The translations under genes were made by a program, and so were the position numbers. Of a stretch of 64,000 bases of DNA, positions 34,691-44,795 are shown piece after piece; the first letter of the stretch is position 1, and every line of letters starts with the position of its first letter. A model generated the notes under the pieces. The model was not told the origin of the DNA. It searched no databases and saw only the letters and a list, made by a program, of their open reading frames with translations. The DNA is from a bacterium (GTDB lineage: Bacteria > Patescibacteriota > Microgenomatia > UBA1400 > PJMF01). The stretch lies in contig JAQBYG010000001.1 of NCBI GenBank assembly GCA_027620445.1, positions 5,115 through 69,114 of the forward strand. The letters are read 5' to 3'.

Positions 34691-36630
34691 TGTAACTGCT
34701 CTTGAAACTGCTTTCTTTGCTGCAGAAAGCGAAGCTTGTCGTCCAAGACCGATCGCACATACCAATATGCCTCTACCGGATGAAAGAGGCAGTAGCGAAT
34801 TGCTTTGGCACAGTTTGGGGCAAGGTAAACGTCGACATCTTGCGAAAAAGCCCCCGCTGTAATCAGCGCGTTCACATGCATCGGTTTTTGCGCAACAATG
34901 TCAATAAAGATCATTCCATTACTACCGTGCGGAGGCAAGCTGCTTGCGGTAGCTTCGGCCGCTGAGAGCGAGATGTCTGGCGGTTCAGAAAGAAGTATGG
35001 GAAAGCCTTCACTGTCGTTTGGAAACAATACGAGTCGAGCAGGATTTCTGCCTGCAACAGCGTAACGATTATTGATGAAGAGCGTGGTCTGTTCAACAAC
35101 TATCTCACCTAGTTGAATTTCGGGAAATAATTGGCCTTTCTTACTTTTGCGCTCTGAAGCAAGTAACTCGGGTGAGGAAAACGGGGTGTAGGTGTTATTG
35201 CTTACTGCAAATCCCCAAGCTGGAAGCCCTACAGTTGTTTGCCAATCCAAAGTAATTTGAGGTCCCCCTTGCAGTAACTCAAATGAATTTGGAGAAAAGC
35301 GAATAATCGATGTAGTTATTTCCTCAAATGAAAGTGGTGACAAGTCACTTGCTATCTCCCAAAGCTTCGCCTCTGGATACGAGCTCGGTCGATCTTTGAG
35401 AACATCATTGCGCGCTGCCTGCCCCACCTGTGTTGTGCTCCCTCTGGAGCCATCCAGAATGTAGGGCACAATCCACCACCCCATACTCCTTGCCGTATCG
35501 TCCAGGTATGGATCGGGAAATTGCTCGTCGTAGATTCTCAGATCGGTAATTGCCAATGTGCCATCACTCAATCGCAAACGAACTCGATACTTAGGTGTCG
35601 TAATCCACCAAGCTCGTTCTGCTGCATCTGTTTGACTGACACCTTCATAGACCGACATTTTTTGTACAGGCTGCGTCCGCATCCATGAGTAAAAATCGCC
35701 CGCTGTAACAACCCGACCGTGCGAGTTTGCTTGCCAGTTCTCAACTACATCAAGCTGCTGAAAAAACTCCTGTTGGTTCTCGGCCGCGAGCGAGTTTTCT
35801 ATTCCAAGCTGGGCAAAGGTATAGCCATTGCTTGCCGGCTGGTCGTGCGCCTGTAGAAATAAGTGGGAAAAATACTCTGTCGTGGCACCACGCAAGCGAT
35901 AATCATTTGGTTGGGAGGTAAACGCACTCGTCTGGTCACCATAGTTATAGACCGGATCAGTGATCGTTTGACGGAGAATCAAAGTCGAATCCACAGCACT
36001 CTCGCTCGGCATCACTGCCCAGTCCGCGCCGCTCCAATACGGGTAATGTGGCGGACCACCATACAGCGTGTACGAATCTGTACCAAACTGTTCACGCGTA
36101 ATCTCATGAGTGGTAACCCCATACTCATTTCGCAGGTACCTGAGTGAAAAAGGATCAATCATCCAGGCCGTCGTGGTCTTTGGGTACACTCCAAAAACTG
36201 TTTTAAACTGCTCCATGTACGCGTCAATCAATGCCGCTCGCTCCTCTTGTGAGTAGCCAACTAAAAAGACATGCTGTGCCTCAAACCAGTTTTCTGCAGA
36301 ACCGGTGTACTCCACACTCGCTGCCTCAGCTAACGAGGGAGTGACTTCGAGTAACCCCCCGTACTCAAACTCAGGATAATTCTTGATAGCGGCGACAAAA
36401 TCTGGGTTACTCAGAGCGTCGTAGCGAATAGTAAAAGTAGCAGCCAGATTTCTGTTTTGTAACTCTCGCTGTTGCTCACTAAAAGCAGCTACAGTTCCCG
36501 CATCACAACACTCAGTACCGCGTACTTGGTTGATAATGACGGCATAGTGAGGAATATCTTCTACGGCAAATGCCGGCGAATACGTGCTACACAAACCAAA
36601 TAAAAAAACAACAAAAATCAAGATTCGCAT
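34687..36630 (-). CDS. Large secreted hypothetical protein
   Basis: 647 aa with a cleavable signal peptide (MRILIFVVFLFGLCSTYSPAFA). No confidently recognised domain. Possibly carbohydrate-active, but this is only a guess from composition. Confidence 0.45.
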   Translation of the reverse strand: MRILIFVVFLFGLCSTYSPAFAVEDIPHYAVIINQVRGTECCDAGTVAAFSEQQRELQNRNLAATFTIRYDALSNPDFVAAIKNYPEFEYGGLLEVTPSLAEAASVEYTGSAENWFEAQHVFLVGYSQEERAALIDAYMEQFKTVFGVYPKTTTAWMIDPFSLRYLRNEYGVTTHEITREQFGTDSYTLYGGPPHYPYWSGADWAVMPSESAVDSTLILRQTITDPVYNYGDQTSAFTSQPNDYRLRGATTEYFSHLFLQAHDQPASNGYTFAQLGIENSLAAENQQEFFQQLDVVENWQANSHGRVVTAGDFYSWMRTQPVQKMSVYEGVSQTDAAERAWWITTPKYRVRLRLSDGTLAITDLRIYDEQFPDPYLDDTARSMGWWIVPYILDGSRGSTTQVGQAARNDVLKDRPSSYPEAKLWEIASDLSPLSFEEITTSIIRFSPNSFELLQGGPQITLDWQTTVGLPAWGFAVSNNTYTPFSSPELLASERKSKKGQLFPEIQLGEIVVEQTTLFINNRYAVAGRNPARLVLFPNDSEGFPILLSEPPDISLSAAEATASSLPPHGSNGMIFIDIVAQKPMHVNALITAGAFSQDVDVYLAPNCAKAIRYCLFHPVEAYWYVRSVLDDKLRFLQQRKQFQEQLH

Positions 36631-36631
36631 A

Positions 36632-37171
36632 TTATTTTTTCAGAGCAGCTACAATCTCAAACCCGTGCTGCAACTGTGCTTTCATATCGTCCCTCAAGTC
36701 AAAGTCTGCCACCTCGCCGCGAGTAACCCAACGAATCTGGGTTACTTCTTCGACTTGTCGCTGCAGTTTGATTGAGCCGGTCGGCCGCACCAAGTACAGA
36801 AAGCCGATATGTTGCTCACACCCCTTCAATCTAACAGGTGCTTCTGCATAGGCTTCTGGATCACTGGTGCGCTCCGCAAAATTCTGCTCGCTAATCCAGT
36901 GCAAATTTGTCTCGACAGGCGATGGCACATACTCGGTTGCTTGCGAGTCCCTTGTATAAAAAGGATCATAGGCCTCCACAGCCATGCCCGTTTCCTCCAA
37001 AAACTCTCGCTCTGCAGCTTGGTGTGGCAGCTCTCCTGCCTCCATGTGCCCACCAGGACAGAGCCACTTATTCAGTTTTTTGTGAAGAATAAGCAGTGTC
37101 TTATCATCGTGGATCAACATCCCAGCGGCGGTAAAACAAATTTTGGCGGGGTATTGTTGGAGGTTGGCCAT
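36632..37171 (-). CDS. NUDIX hydrolase
   Basis: Nudix box GGHMEAGELPHQAAEREFLEETGM. Confidence 0.8.
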   Translation of the reverse strand: MANLQQYPAKICFTAAGMLIHDDKTLLILHKKLNKWLCPGGHMEAGELPHQAAEREFLEETGMAVEAYDPFYTRDSQATEYVPSPVETNLHWISEQNFAERTSDPEAYAEAPVRLKGCEQHIGFLYLVRPTGSIKLQRQVEEVTQIRWVTRGEVADFDLRDDMKAQLQHGFEIVAALKK

Positions 37172-37173
37172 AG

Positions 37174-37758
37174 TTACAACAAACTCATCTGCATCCCCAC
37201 GTGCTTTTTGGGAGTAAAGCTAAAATCCACCGGACAATCTACCAAACGATTCCATTTATTGCGAAACTTCACTGTCCCTTTTGTCCTACCAAAATCATAC
37301 ACATCTCTAGTGACTGCTACGTCCTGCAAACAGTACTTTTCGAGCGCATCAAAATTTCCAGTCTGGTAAAACTTGACCGCATCGAGGCCGTCACCAGTTT
37401 TGCCAATCCCCAAGGTTGATTGTGCCACTGCATCTAGGCTAATTCTATGACCAGCACTTTTTTTGATACATGTGAGTAAATCGAGTGTCGGAATCTGAGT
37501 GATATCCCCTTTGTAATACGGTACCAATGTCTGCATATCAAATCCGTCAATATTAAAACCAATCACGACATCAGCTGACTCAAGCAAGGGAAATAATTTG
37601 GGCAAATCTTCTTCAAAAAAACTACGCATCTCCCCTTCACCAGAGGTTCCCTCGCGAAGACAGACGCCGACGAACGAAATCCCGAGGCGATCAGGGAAGT
37701 AACCGCCGACCTCATCAAAAATCTTTTTGGTTTCTACATCGAGAATGATCTGTCGCAT
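37174..37758 (-). CDS. DEDD-family 3'-5' exonuclease (DnaQ-like fold)
   Basis: Exo I ILDVETKK (D-x-E), Exo II FNIDGFDMQTL, Exo III YCLQDVAVTRDVY. Confidence 0.6.
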   Translation of the reverse strand: MRQIILDVETKKIFDEVGGYFPDRLGISFVGVCLREGTSGEGEMRSFFEEDLPKLFPLLESADVVIGFNIDGFDMQTLVPYYKGDITQIPTLDLLTCIKKSAGHRISLDAVAQSTLGIGKTGDGLDAVKFYQTGNFDALEKYCLQDVAVTRDVYDFGRTKGTVKFRNKWNRLVDCPVDFSFTPKKHVGMQMSLL

Positions 37759-37764
37759 GACAGA

Positions 37765-38376
37765 CTACTGTACCATTGCGGCATAGCGTGCTTCAACCTG
37801 AGACCAGTCCAGCACCTGCCAAATGGCTTGAATATAATCTGGGCGCTTGTTTTGGTACTTAAGGTAATAAGCATGTTCCCAAACATCGAGACCAATGATT
37901 GGCTGATCTGCCTGCAAGAGCGGCGAGTCCTGATTTGGCGTGCTGTAGATTGCAAGCGTTCCGTCTGCTTTTTGTACTAACCAGGCCCAACCTGAGCCAA
38001 ATTGACCGGCTGCTGCATCGGCGAACTTTTGCTTAAACACATCCATACTGCCAAATGTCTTCGTTATTGCGGCTACGAGGGTTGGCGCTTGTGCCTCAGT
38101 GGTACCAACGCCAAGAATTGACCAGAAAAATGAGTGATTGGCGTGGCCACCAGCGTGGTTGCGCACTGCCGTTTTGATTTCTTCGGGCAAACTGGAAAAC
38201 TTGCCGAGCAGCTCTACAACCGAAAGTGCTTGCAAATCTGCGTGTTTCTCGAGTGCGGCATTCAACTTATCGACGTAAGTCTGGTGATGCTTAGTGTGAT
38301 GGATCTCCATCGTCTTCGCATCGATGTGTGGTTCGAGGGCTGAATACTCAAATGGGAGTGGGGGAAGTGTATGCAT
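37765..38376 (-). CDS. sodA: Fe/Mn superoxide dismutase
   Basis: HHTKHHQTY, metal ligands in [18 protein letters not shown]. Start set at ATG 38376 ([11 protein letters not shown]...), which gives a canonical 203-aa SOD. The longer track ORF adds an unlikely N-terminal extension. Confidence 0.9.
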   Translation of the reverse strand: MHTLPPLPFEYSALEPHIDAKTMEIHHTKHHQTYVDKLNAALEKHADLQALSVVELLGKFSSLPEEIKTAVRNHAGGHANHSFFWSILGVGTTEAQAPTLVAAITKTFGSMDVFKQKFADAAAGQFGSGWAWLVQKADGTLAIYSTPNQDSPLLQADQPIIGLDVWEHAYYLKYQNKRPDYIQAIWQVLDWSQVEARYAAMVQ

Positions 38377-38438
38377 ATTAAGAGTACTATAGCATACAAG
38401 AGCCTCGAAGTTTTTGACTAGGTATGTAATAATATGTT

Positions 38439-38642
38439 GTGATGAAAAATATATTTCTGCAACAATTAGAAGAAAATGAAGAATCCAGACAAGTAAGAAT
38501 TCGCGTGTTTGGACCACCTCCTGCAAACGAAGACGAGGGCATTAGACCAGGAAAATCTGTGTCCGAAATCTTGAATGCAATGAAAAAAGCCTCGAAAGAA
38601 AATCTGCTGCGTGTCCCCCGAAGTAATGCAATCACCAACTAA
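38439..38642 (+). CDS. Small acidic protein, putative antitoxin partner of downstream PIN protein
   Basis: 67 aa. Overlaps the PIN gene start. No fold assignable. Confidence 0.3.
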   Translation: MMKNIFLQQLEENEESRQVRIRVFGPPPANEDEGIRPGKSVSEILNAMKKASKENLLRVPRSNAITN

Positions 38643-39144
38643 GTACCCTTACTTACTGCTAGACACTTGTATAATCGAATACCTTCTTGATAAATATCAA
38701 CAACCTGCTGTTACACAACAAATTTCTGAGTGGGCTGGAGATTCTTTTGATTTAGCAATATCTGAAATTACCTATGCAGAATTAGTTGACGGTGCGTTTA
38801 AAGAAAAAATAGAGAAAGTAACCCGCTTACTTGATTCGTACACAAGATTTTGGGTTTTAAAAGAAATACTAAGAGCTGCGGGAATTATTTCGAATGTATA
38901 TAGAACGCAGGGCAATAGCACTGTTGGGTCAAGTTTATCGGATAAGGTGATAGCTGCCACAGCTTTTTCATATAATCTTCCTGTTATCACAGCTGATGTG
39001 AATGATTTTCCCTATCCATTTTTTACTAGCGATGCTAGTGAAAACATAAAATATAGAAAAAAGAACAAGGATCATTATATTGCAATCAGCATTCTCAAAC
39101 CAAATGTGACTATCCTCAACTATTGGTTTAGTAAAACTAAATAA
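38611..39144 (+). CDS. PIN-domain protein (VapC-like)
   Basis: YLLLDTCIIEYLL, ISEITYAEL, DKVIAATAFSYNLPVITADVNDF carry the conserved acidic residues of the PIN fold. AT-rich gene. Confidence 0.7.
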   Translation: MSPEVMQSPTKYPYLLLDTCIIEYLLDKYQQPAVTQQISEWAGDSFDLAISEITYAELVDGAFKEKIEKVTRLLDSYTRFWVLKEILRAAGIISNVYRTQGNSTVGSSLSDKVIAATAFSYNLPVITADVNDFPYPFFTSDASENIKYRKKNKDHYIAISILKPNVTILNYWFSKTK

Positions 39145-39150
39145 GTGAGG

Positions 39151-39996
39151 TTAGGCCGGGCTATTATTAGTTTCTTCTCTAATCCGCTCCAACTCAATCA
39201 CCCGATCCCGCGCCGTCGTCGCAAAAAACTCTGCCACCCGTTCGGGTGATCGCTGCTCGTGCGGCACCTCTGCTGGTAGTAGTTGTGAACCAATCACGTA
39301 ACCTCTCGCGCCACTTTCAAACGACGCGCGCACTTGCTCTTTGAACTCCTCATACGCCACCCCACGGCCCGAAACTACCCACGGCACATCAAGACTCGCA
39401 GTTAGCGTGACAGCAGAGAGTGGATCGATCGGATACTCGAGGAAAAAGAGATCGCAGTACTCTTGCAGCTCCGCAATGGCGTCGAGCTGCAGCTCTAAAA
39501 ACTGCGCCTTATACTTTTCTTTGGCTGTTTCTAGGTACAACACGAGGTCAATGATGAACGCGATACCTTCGTGCCGACAGTAATCTGCCAACTCTACCAC
39601 CATCTGTTTTTTTGACCGCGCATCTTCTTCTTGTGGATTGTAATAGAGCTCGAGCTTGGCAACACCATAGTTATTGCGCGTTTGCTCGACACCCCAAGTC
39701 TGGGCCAGCACCGGTACAGTCAAAGGATCTTTGGCCCGGACCATATCAGAAAGTTCAAAAATAACACCTGCGTTCTTGGGCAAATCAGCCACGGCCGAAA
39801 AACCAACATCGGGAGCAAGACAGACGCCACTGGCGTGGGGAGCTAATACCCTACTTGCCTCGGCAATAAGATCAACAACTTGGGCTGCCTCTTCTGGATT
39901 TTTCAACGATAAACCAGCATGATCTGCCACTGCTAAAGGATCAGCCAAAGTAATCAGCGAAAAACCTGCGTCCGCGCGGATGGCATCGAGTGTCAT
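39151..39996 (-). CDS. Class I aldolase of the LacD / tagatose-1,6-bisphosphate aldolase family
   Basis: [41 protein letters not shown] parallels LacD [53 protein letters not shown] parallels SILLDPEYGL. Confidence 0.55.
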   Translation of the reverse strand: [281 protein letters not shown]

Positions 39997-40010
39997 GCAC
40001 TCAGTATACC

Positions 40011-42254
40011 TTAGCGACGATCGTATCGATCGCGCGAGTTACCCCCGCCGCGTCGATCGCCCCCACCTGGTCTGCCACCACGGAATGGTGGTCTGCCCTG
40101 TGGACGATTGGATCTGGCAGCAGCTTGCTCTTCTGCGGAAAGCAGTGAGAGACCGATTTTGCCATCTTCCTTGATCTCAGAAACTCTGACATGCAGCGCA
40201 TCGCCAACCGAGACTTTTTCGTGCGCGTCTGGCACAAACTCCGTGCTCATGGCAGAGACGTGGACCAAACCTTCGCGCCCTGGCAAGAACTCGACAAAGC
40301 AACCATACTCCTCGACTCTGGTAACCGTTCCATCGAACTCATCATTTTCGTGAATCTCGCGGAACATGTTTTCTATGGCCGTCTTGGCTGCAGAAATTGC
40401 TGCTTGATCTGGCGAAGAGATCGAGACCAAACCAACTTGTCGCTCTTTGTCTTCGTCAACATTGATTTCACAACCTGTTTTTTCGATCAGTGCTTTAATA
40501 TTTTTGCCTCCAGGACCAATTAACTCACCAATTCTGTCACCAGGAATGGTGATTTGCTCGATCTTTGGCGCGTACTGTGAAAGCTCCGCACGTGGTGCAG
40601 CAATACACTTGTTCATCTCACCAAGGATATGGAGACGACCCAAGCGTGCTTGCTCGAGTGCCTGCTCTAGAACCTCGCGTGGTATACCGGTTAACTTGAT
40701 ATCCATTTGGATAGCGGTAATACCTTCTGAAGTACCAGCAACTTTAAAGTCCATATCGCCAACGTGATCCTCAAGTCCTTGGATGTCAGACAGGACGACG
40801 TACTCAGTGCCATCACTCATCAGACCCATGGCAATACCGGCCACTGGTCGTTTGATTGGTACGCCTGCTGCCATGAGTGAAAGCGTCGAACCACAGACCG
40901 AAGCCTGAGAGGTCGAACCATTCGAACTCACAATTTCAGAAACAACATGAATCGCGTATGGGAACTCTTCTTGAGACGGGATCATTGGCAAGAGTGCGCG
41001 CTCTGCGAGGGCGCCATGACCAATCTCTCGTCGTTTGGGCGAACCAAAGCGGCCGGCTTCACCAGAAGCGTATGGAGGCATGTTGTAGTGATGCATGTAG
41101 TGACGTGTTTCTTCGCCTTCGATACTCTCAATCACCTGTCCCAAACTTGGGGCGCCCAAAGTGGTGATAGTCACTGCTTGGGTAGCACCGCGTTTGAACA
41201 TGGCGCTGCCGTGGGTTCGTGGGAAAACGTCGACCTCACACCAGATCTGACGAATCTCATTTGTCTTACGACCATCAGGACGAATCTTTTCTTTGATGAT
41301 CATGTCACGAGCAAATTGCTTGGTGATAGATGACAATGCTCCGCTGACTTCTCCCTCACTATATGGCTCTTCGCTCTTTGGTTGTCCTTCGACAATCTGC
41401 GCTGCCAATTCTGCAAATCCTGATGGCTCGAGCTTGGCATCTTTGGCCACAACTACAGCTGCTTCTTTTGCGTACTTCTTTTCTATGTGTGCCACGAGCT
41501 CTTTTTTGCGCGCCTCAGCTGCTACGTCTACAGTAACAAGCTCGACTTTTTCTTTGCCAACCTCTTTGGCGATAGCATTAATCTTCGCGCAAACTTTGAC
41601 AAATTCTGCCTGTGCCTTGAGCATTCCCTCGAGCACAACTGCTTCAGAAACCTCACTTGCGCCGGCTTCTACCATAACAATTGCGTCGCCAGTACCAGAC
41701 ACGATCAAGTCAAGGTCACTTGTTTTCTGCTCTGTTTGGGTTGGGTTGAAGATATATTGTTGAGTCTCTTTGCTGTAGGCAATGCGGGCACCAGCCAATG
41801 GGCCGTTGAAAGGAATCTGCGAAACAGCAAGAGCTATAGTACTGCCGATAAGACCAAGCATATCTGGCTCATTTTCACCATCGTAGGAGAAGACAGTCGA
41901 AATAACTTGGACTTCATTGGTAATGCCATCTGGGAACAAAGGACGAAGTGAGCGGTCAATCACGCGCGCGCGAAGCACGGTGTCATCAAGTGGGCGGCCA
42001 TCGCGTTTGACCCAGCGAGAACCTTTGATAATGCCAGATGCGTAGAGTTTTTCGGCAAACTCGACAGAAAGAGGAAAGTAGCCAAGGTTAACTTTGCGAC
42101 CCAAGGCAACCGTGGTATGCACCACCGTCTCACCGCAACTGGTGATAACAGCACCTGCTGCTTGCTCTGAGAACTTGCCGATCTCGACCGAAATGGTCTT
42201 ATCGCCAAGCGCGATAGTTGTTTTATACGTTTTGGAATAGTCTGGATAAGCCAT
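40011..42254 (-). CDS. pnp: Polynucleotide phosphorylase with Arg/Gly-rich C-terminal tail
   Basis: 747 aa. Two RNase PH domains, KH and S1 domains, then ...RSNRPQGRPPFRGGRPGGGDRRGGGNSRDRYDRR. Confidence 0.95.
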   Translation of the reverse strand: MAYPDYSKTYKTTIALGDKTISVEIGKFSEQAAGAVITSCGETVVHTTVALGRKVNLGYFPLSVEFAEKLYASGIIKGSRWVKRDGRPLDDTVLRARVIDRSLRPLFPDGITNEVQVISTVFSYDGENEPDMLGLIGSTIALAVSQIPFNGPLAGARIAYSKETQQYIFNPTQTEQKTSDLDLIVSGTGDAIVMVEAGASEVSEAVVLEGMLKAQAEFVKVCAKINAIAKEVGKEKVELVTVDVAAEARKKELVAHIEKKYAKEAAVVVAKDAKLEPSGFAELAAQIVEGQPKSEEPYSEGEVSGALSSITKQFARDMIIKEKIRPDGRKTNEIRQIWCEVDVFPRTHGSAMFKRGATQAVTITTLGAPSLGQVIESIEGEETRHYMHHYNMPPYASGEAGRFGSPKRREIGHGALAERALLPMIPSQEEFPYAIHVVSEIVSSNGSTSQASVCGSTLSLMAAGVPIKRPVAGIAMGLMSDGTEYVVLSDIQGLEDHVGDMDFKVAGTSEGITAIQMDIKLTGIPREVLEQALEQARLGRLHILGEMNKCIAAPRAELSQYAPKIEQITIPGDRIGELIGPGGKNIKALIEKTGCEINVDEDKERQVGLVSISSPDQAAISAAKTAIENMFREIHENDEFDGTVTRVEEYGCFVEFLPGREGLVHVSAMSTEFVPDAHEKVSVGDALHVRVSEIKEDGKIGLSLLSAEEQAAARSNRPQGRPPFRGGRPGGGDRRGGGNSRDRYDRR

Positions 42255-42408
42255 GCTATTTCTCCTTTAACTAGTCGCGGGGAATGTGCTGTAAGTATTC
42301 TGGAGAAAAGACATCTGAGTCTCAGCCTGCCATCTCTCTTGAATCCTCAACAGTTCACAATCCTCGCAAATTACTTCGAGTAGTATAGCACAGGTTGTCG
42401 AATAACTT

Positions 42409-43032
42409 TTATTCTGCGGTATAAACCGGATAAGCCATATCTTGAATGTCATCGATTACAAGATCCTCATTTGCCACAACAGTTTCTATTTTCACTTCCC
42501 CGTCTACAAAGATCTCCACTCTTCTAACACTCCCTTTTGACTGATAATCCTCCATTACGTCAAGCTCATCCCGTCCCAGCAAAGGCTGTTTATCCAAAAA
42601 CTGATAAAGAAAGAAAAGAGGGTCTCCGTGAGAGCAGATGATGTATGATTTTCCTGACGATCGATCCAAGCTCTCATAAAAGTCAACGATTCTGTCTTGA
42701 ATATCTTGGTTTGTTTCCCCACCCAGCTCATCAGTATGGGCAAAGAAATGACTCCAATCCTCTTCCCAATAACCTTGATAAGCAGAGTGTGTTTCAAGTA
42801 GTCGCTTGTCAAAGATTATCTCTACTTTGTCTCCAGCTATAGCTTGGCTTGTCTGCTTACATCGAAGTACGGAGCTACTATAAATTGCATCTACTTTTTT
42901 GCTGGCAAAATAATCTCTGAGCCTTTCTGCCTGAGTAATTCCTTGCTCAGACAGTGGCACTGGTAATCTGCCGGGCAGAATTTTTCTGGGATTTGCATAC
43001 TCACAGTGGCGCACAAGATAAAGGGTGGTCAC
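42409..43032 (-). CDS. Histidine phosphatase superfamily protein (phosphoglycerate-mutase-like)
   Basis: LYLVRHCEYANP (RHG-type catalytic His motif with G to C) and a C-terminal His region. Confidence 0.7.
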   Translation of the reverse strand: MTTLYLVRHCEYANPRKILPGRLPVPLSEQGITQAERLRDYFASKKVDAIYSSSVLRCKQTSQAIAGDKVEIIFDKRLLETHSAYQGYWEEDWSHFFAHTDELGGETNQDIQDRIVDFYESLDRSSGKSYIICSHGDPLFFLYQFLDKQPLLGRDELDVMEDYQSKGSVRRVEIFVDGEVKIETVVANEDLVIDDIQDMAYPVYTAE

Positions 43033-43033
43033 G

Positions 43034-43672
43034 TTATTTTTTTGTCCTTATAACCGCCACCCCCTGTGACTGTTCTGTTGGATACGCCCATGCCTTTGTA
43101 AATTGCGCAAATGAAACTTTGCGCTCCTTTTGCGGTGGTAAACCAGGATCCTGCAAAAAAAGATGATCGCCGCTGTGATTATAAATCAAAACAAAGTGGC
43201 CAGAGTAACCCGGCTCATTATTGAGTGCTTTCAAATTGACATTACAGATAACAAGAGCACTCTCGTCCAAAGCCGCTGTGATGTCGACTATATGCGCCTG
43301 TCGCGTTTCTCTTGAACTTTTTTTGATGAATTTTTGTGCGATTGCCTGCTCTTGTGGAATATCCGAGTGTTCAATCTGACTCTGCCCAACTGGTTTGCCA
43401 TAAAAATCAAGCAGGTACTTCTCACCTTGTTCTGCAAACTCCTGGTAGTCGAACAAGCTAATACTCTGCACCGACAAACCCTTTTCTGCCAACCAAAGCA
43501 AACCAGCTGTCGGCCAAGTCCATAATCCCTCAACCTTAGCGGAAATTTTTTCTAACTCCTTCCACAAATAATTTTCATGCGGGAAGTACTGCTTCAACAG
43601 CATCTTTAAAACTGATTGGTAGCAATGGGTGTTATCTGGGGTATTGGGGAAAAATGGTGGGGGGTTTTGCAT
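43034..43672 (-). CDS. Papain-like cysteine peptidase fold protein (peptidase C39-like domain)
   Basis: Candidate catalytic Cys in NTHCYQSVLKML and His in YSGHFVLIYNHSGDHLFLQDPG, with spacing like C39-like/BtrH-type domains. No signal peptide. Confidence 0.45.
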   Translation of the reverse strand: MQNPPPFFPNTPDNTHCYQSVLKMLLKQYFPHENYLWKELEKISAKVEGLWTWPTAGLLWLAEKGLSVQSISLFDYQEFAEQGEKYLLDFYGKPVGQSQIEHSDIPQEQAIAQKFIKKSSRETRQAHIVDITAALDESALVICNVNLKALNNEPGYSGHFVLIYNHSGDHLFLQDPGLPPQKERKVSFAQFTKAWAYPTEQSQGVAVIRTKK

Positions 43673-43678
43673 ACTATT

Positions 43679-44167
43679 TTATGAAAGCTTCACATCCTCT
43701 ATACTCAACTCCTTAGGATTATCATCAGCGCGCTTACCCGTTCGCACTATCCAACCCAAACTCAGTAGTTCATTTGCTCCATCTTCTGGTACATAGTCCG
43801 AATATTTTACTTCACCCTCAATACTCTGATAGTTGCCTTTAATCAATTGAACTACATATTGATAATCATGCGCATTTTCGAGTTTGTAGCGCCTACCTCT
43901 AAAAAGCAATTCTTGCTTGTTACCAATGTCCTCATCTGCAATTTCATCAAAAGGCTCTGGTGCTTTGTCAGAATAGAGCAACAATTCTTCACCAGGAATA
44001 ATGAGTAGCAGAGAGTGGTCATCAAAAATGGCTTTGAAATACCCCTCATCACCCAGATTAATTGAACGAAACTCTGCAAAGCCGACTATTTCTTTTTGCT
44101 TTCCTCTGATTGCAATTTTTCGGTTGGGATTTTCTAACAATGCATTTAGCAGTTCTTTGATTTTCAT
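43679..44167 (-). CDS. Hypothetical protein
   Basis: 162 aa acidic protein. 6-nt gap to the downstream C39-like gene. No recognisable motif. Confidence 0.4.
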   Translation of the reverse strand: MKIKELLNALLENPNRKIAIRGKQKEIVGFAEFRSINLGDEGYFKAIFDDHSLLLIIPGEELLLYSDKAPEPFDEIADEDIGNKQELLFRGRRYKLENAHDYQYVVQLIKGNYQSIEGEVKYSDYVPEDGANELLSLGWIVRTGKRADDNPKELSIEDVKLS

Positions 44168-44180
44168 AGCTTTCTCCTCT

Positions 44181-44531
44181 TTATACTCCCCTCGAAAGAT
44201 TAGAGGTTATATACGTATTTAAGCTCACACCCTCCTGTTTTGCCTGATGTGCCAAAGATCTATGTAAAAACTTTGGCAACCGCAGATGCAGCTTTCCGCT
44301 ATAGTCATCTCTTGCTGGCTCAGAAATCGAAATCTTTCGCTCCAATGCTGCCGTAATCCAAGCCTTTTTTGCATCCTCGATCATTGAGATTGCGGCTTGC
44401 TCTGAGTCAGCCTCAGAAAAACAACCAGGTAGTTCCTCCACCTCGACAAAATATGAACCGTCGCCATTCTTTTTGAGTCGAATTGTGTAGTCTAGATCTA
44501 GATAGTAGTTTAGTTGTTTATTTTGCTTCAT
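44181..44531 (-). CDS. hicB: HicB-family antitoxin
   Basis: YYLDLDYTIRLKKNGDGSYFVEVEELPGCFSEADSEQAAISMIEDA (HicB RNase-H-like N-domain), then RHH-like LHLRLPKFLHRSLAHQAKQEGVSLNTYITSNL. Confidence 0.8.
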   Translation of the reverse strand: MKQNKQLNYYLDLDYTIRLKKNGDGSYFVEVEELPGCFSEADSEQAAISMIEDAKKAWITAALERKISISEPARDDYSGKLHLRLPKFLHRSLAHQAKQEGVSLNTYITSNLSRGV

Positions 44532-44757
44532 TTTCGATGAGCTCCCTAACTCGCTTAACGTATATTGCTTTGATAAATGGTCGCTTATACGGCACAGTTA
44601 TTTGTTTTTCCTTTTTGTAGTACACATAGTGGCTACTGCCACCGCTCGGTTGCCTACAAGCAAATCCATGTTCTAACAAAATAGCGTCAAGCACTTCGAA
44701 ACGGATGTTCTTAGGACTAGTAGTGAGTTTTTTGACTCGTTTCTGACGCTTTGTCAC
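44518..44757 (-). CDS. hicA: HicA-family mRNA interferase toxin
   Basis: 79 aa basic protein. LEHGFACRQPSGGSSHYVYYKKEKQITVPYKRP matches the HicA dsRBD-like core (G-S-H motif). 14-nt overlap with hicB. Confidence 0.7.
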   Translation of the reverse strand: MTKRQKRVKKLTTSPKNIRFEVLDAILLEHGFACRQPSGGSSHYVYYKKEKQITVPYKRPFIKAIYVKRVRELIENEAK

Positions 44758-44795
44758 TCTTTATATGATACCATATGTGGTATCATATACAAGAA

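Noticed and set aside
37765-38526. Long N-terminal extension of sodA in the track ORF (50 extra residues)
   Set aside because: The extension has no SOD homology. The internal ATG gives a canonical 203-aa Fe/Mn SOD starting just before the HHxKHH motif.
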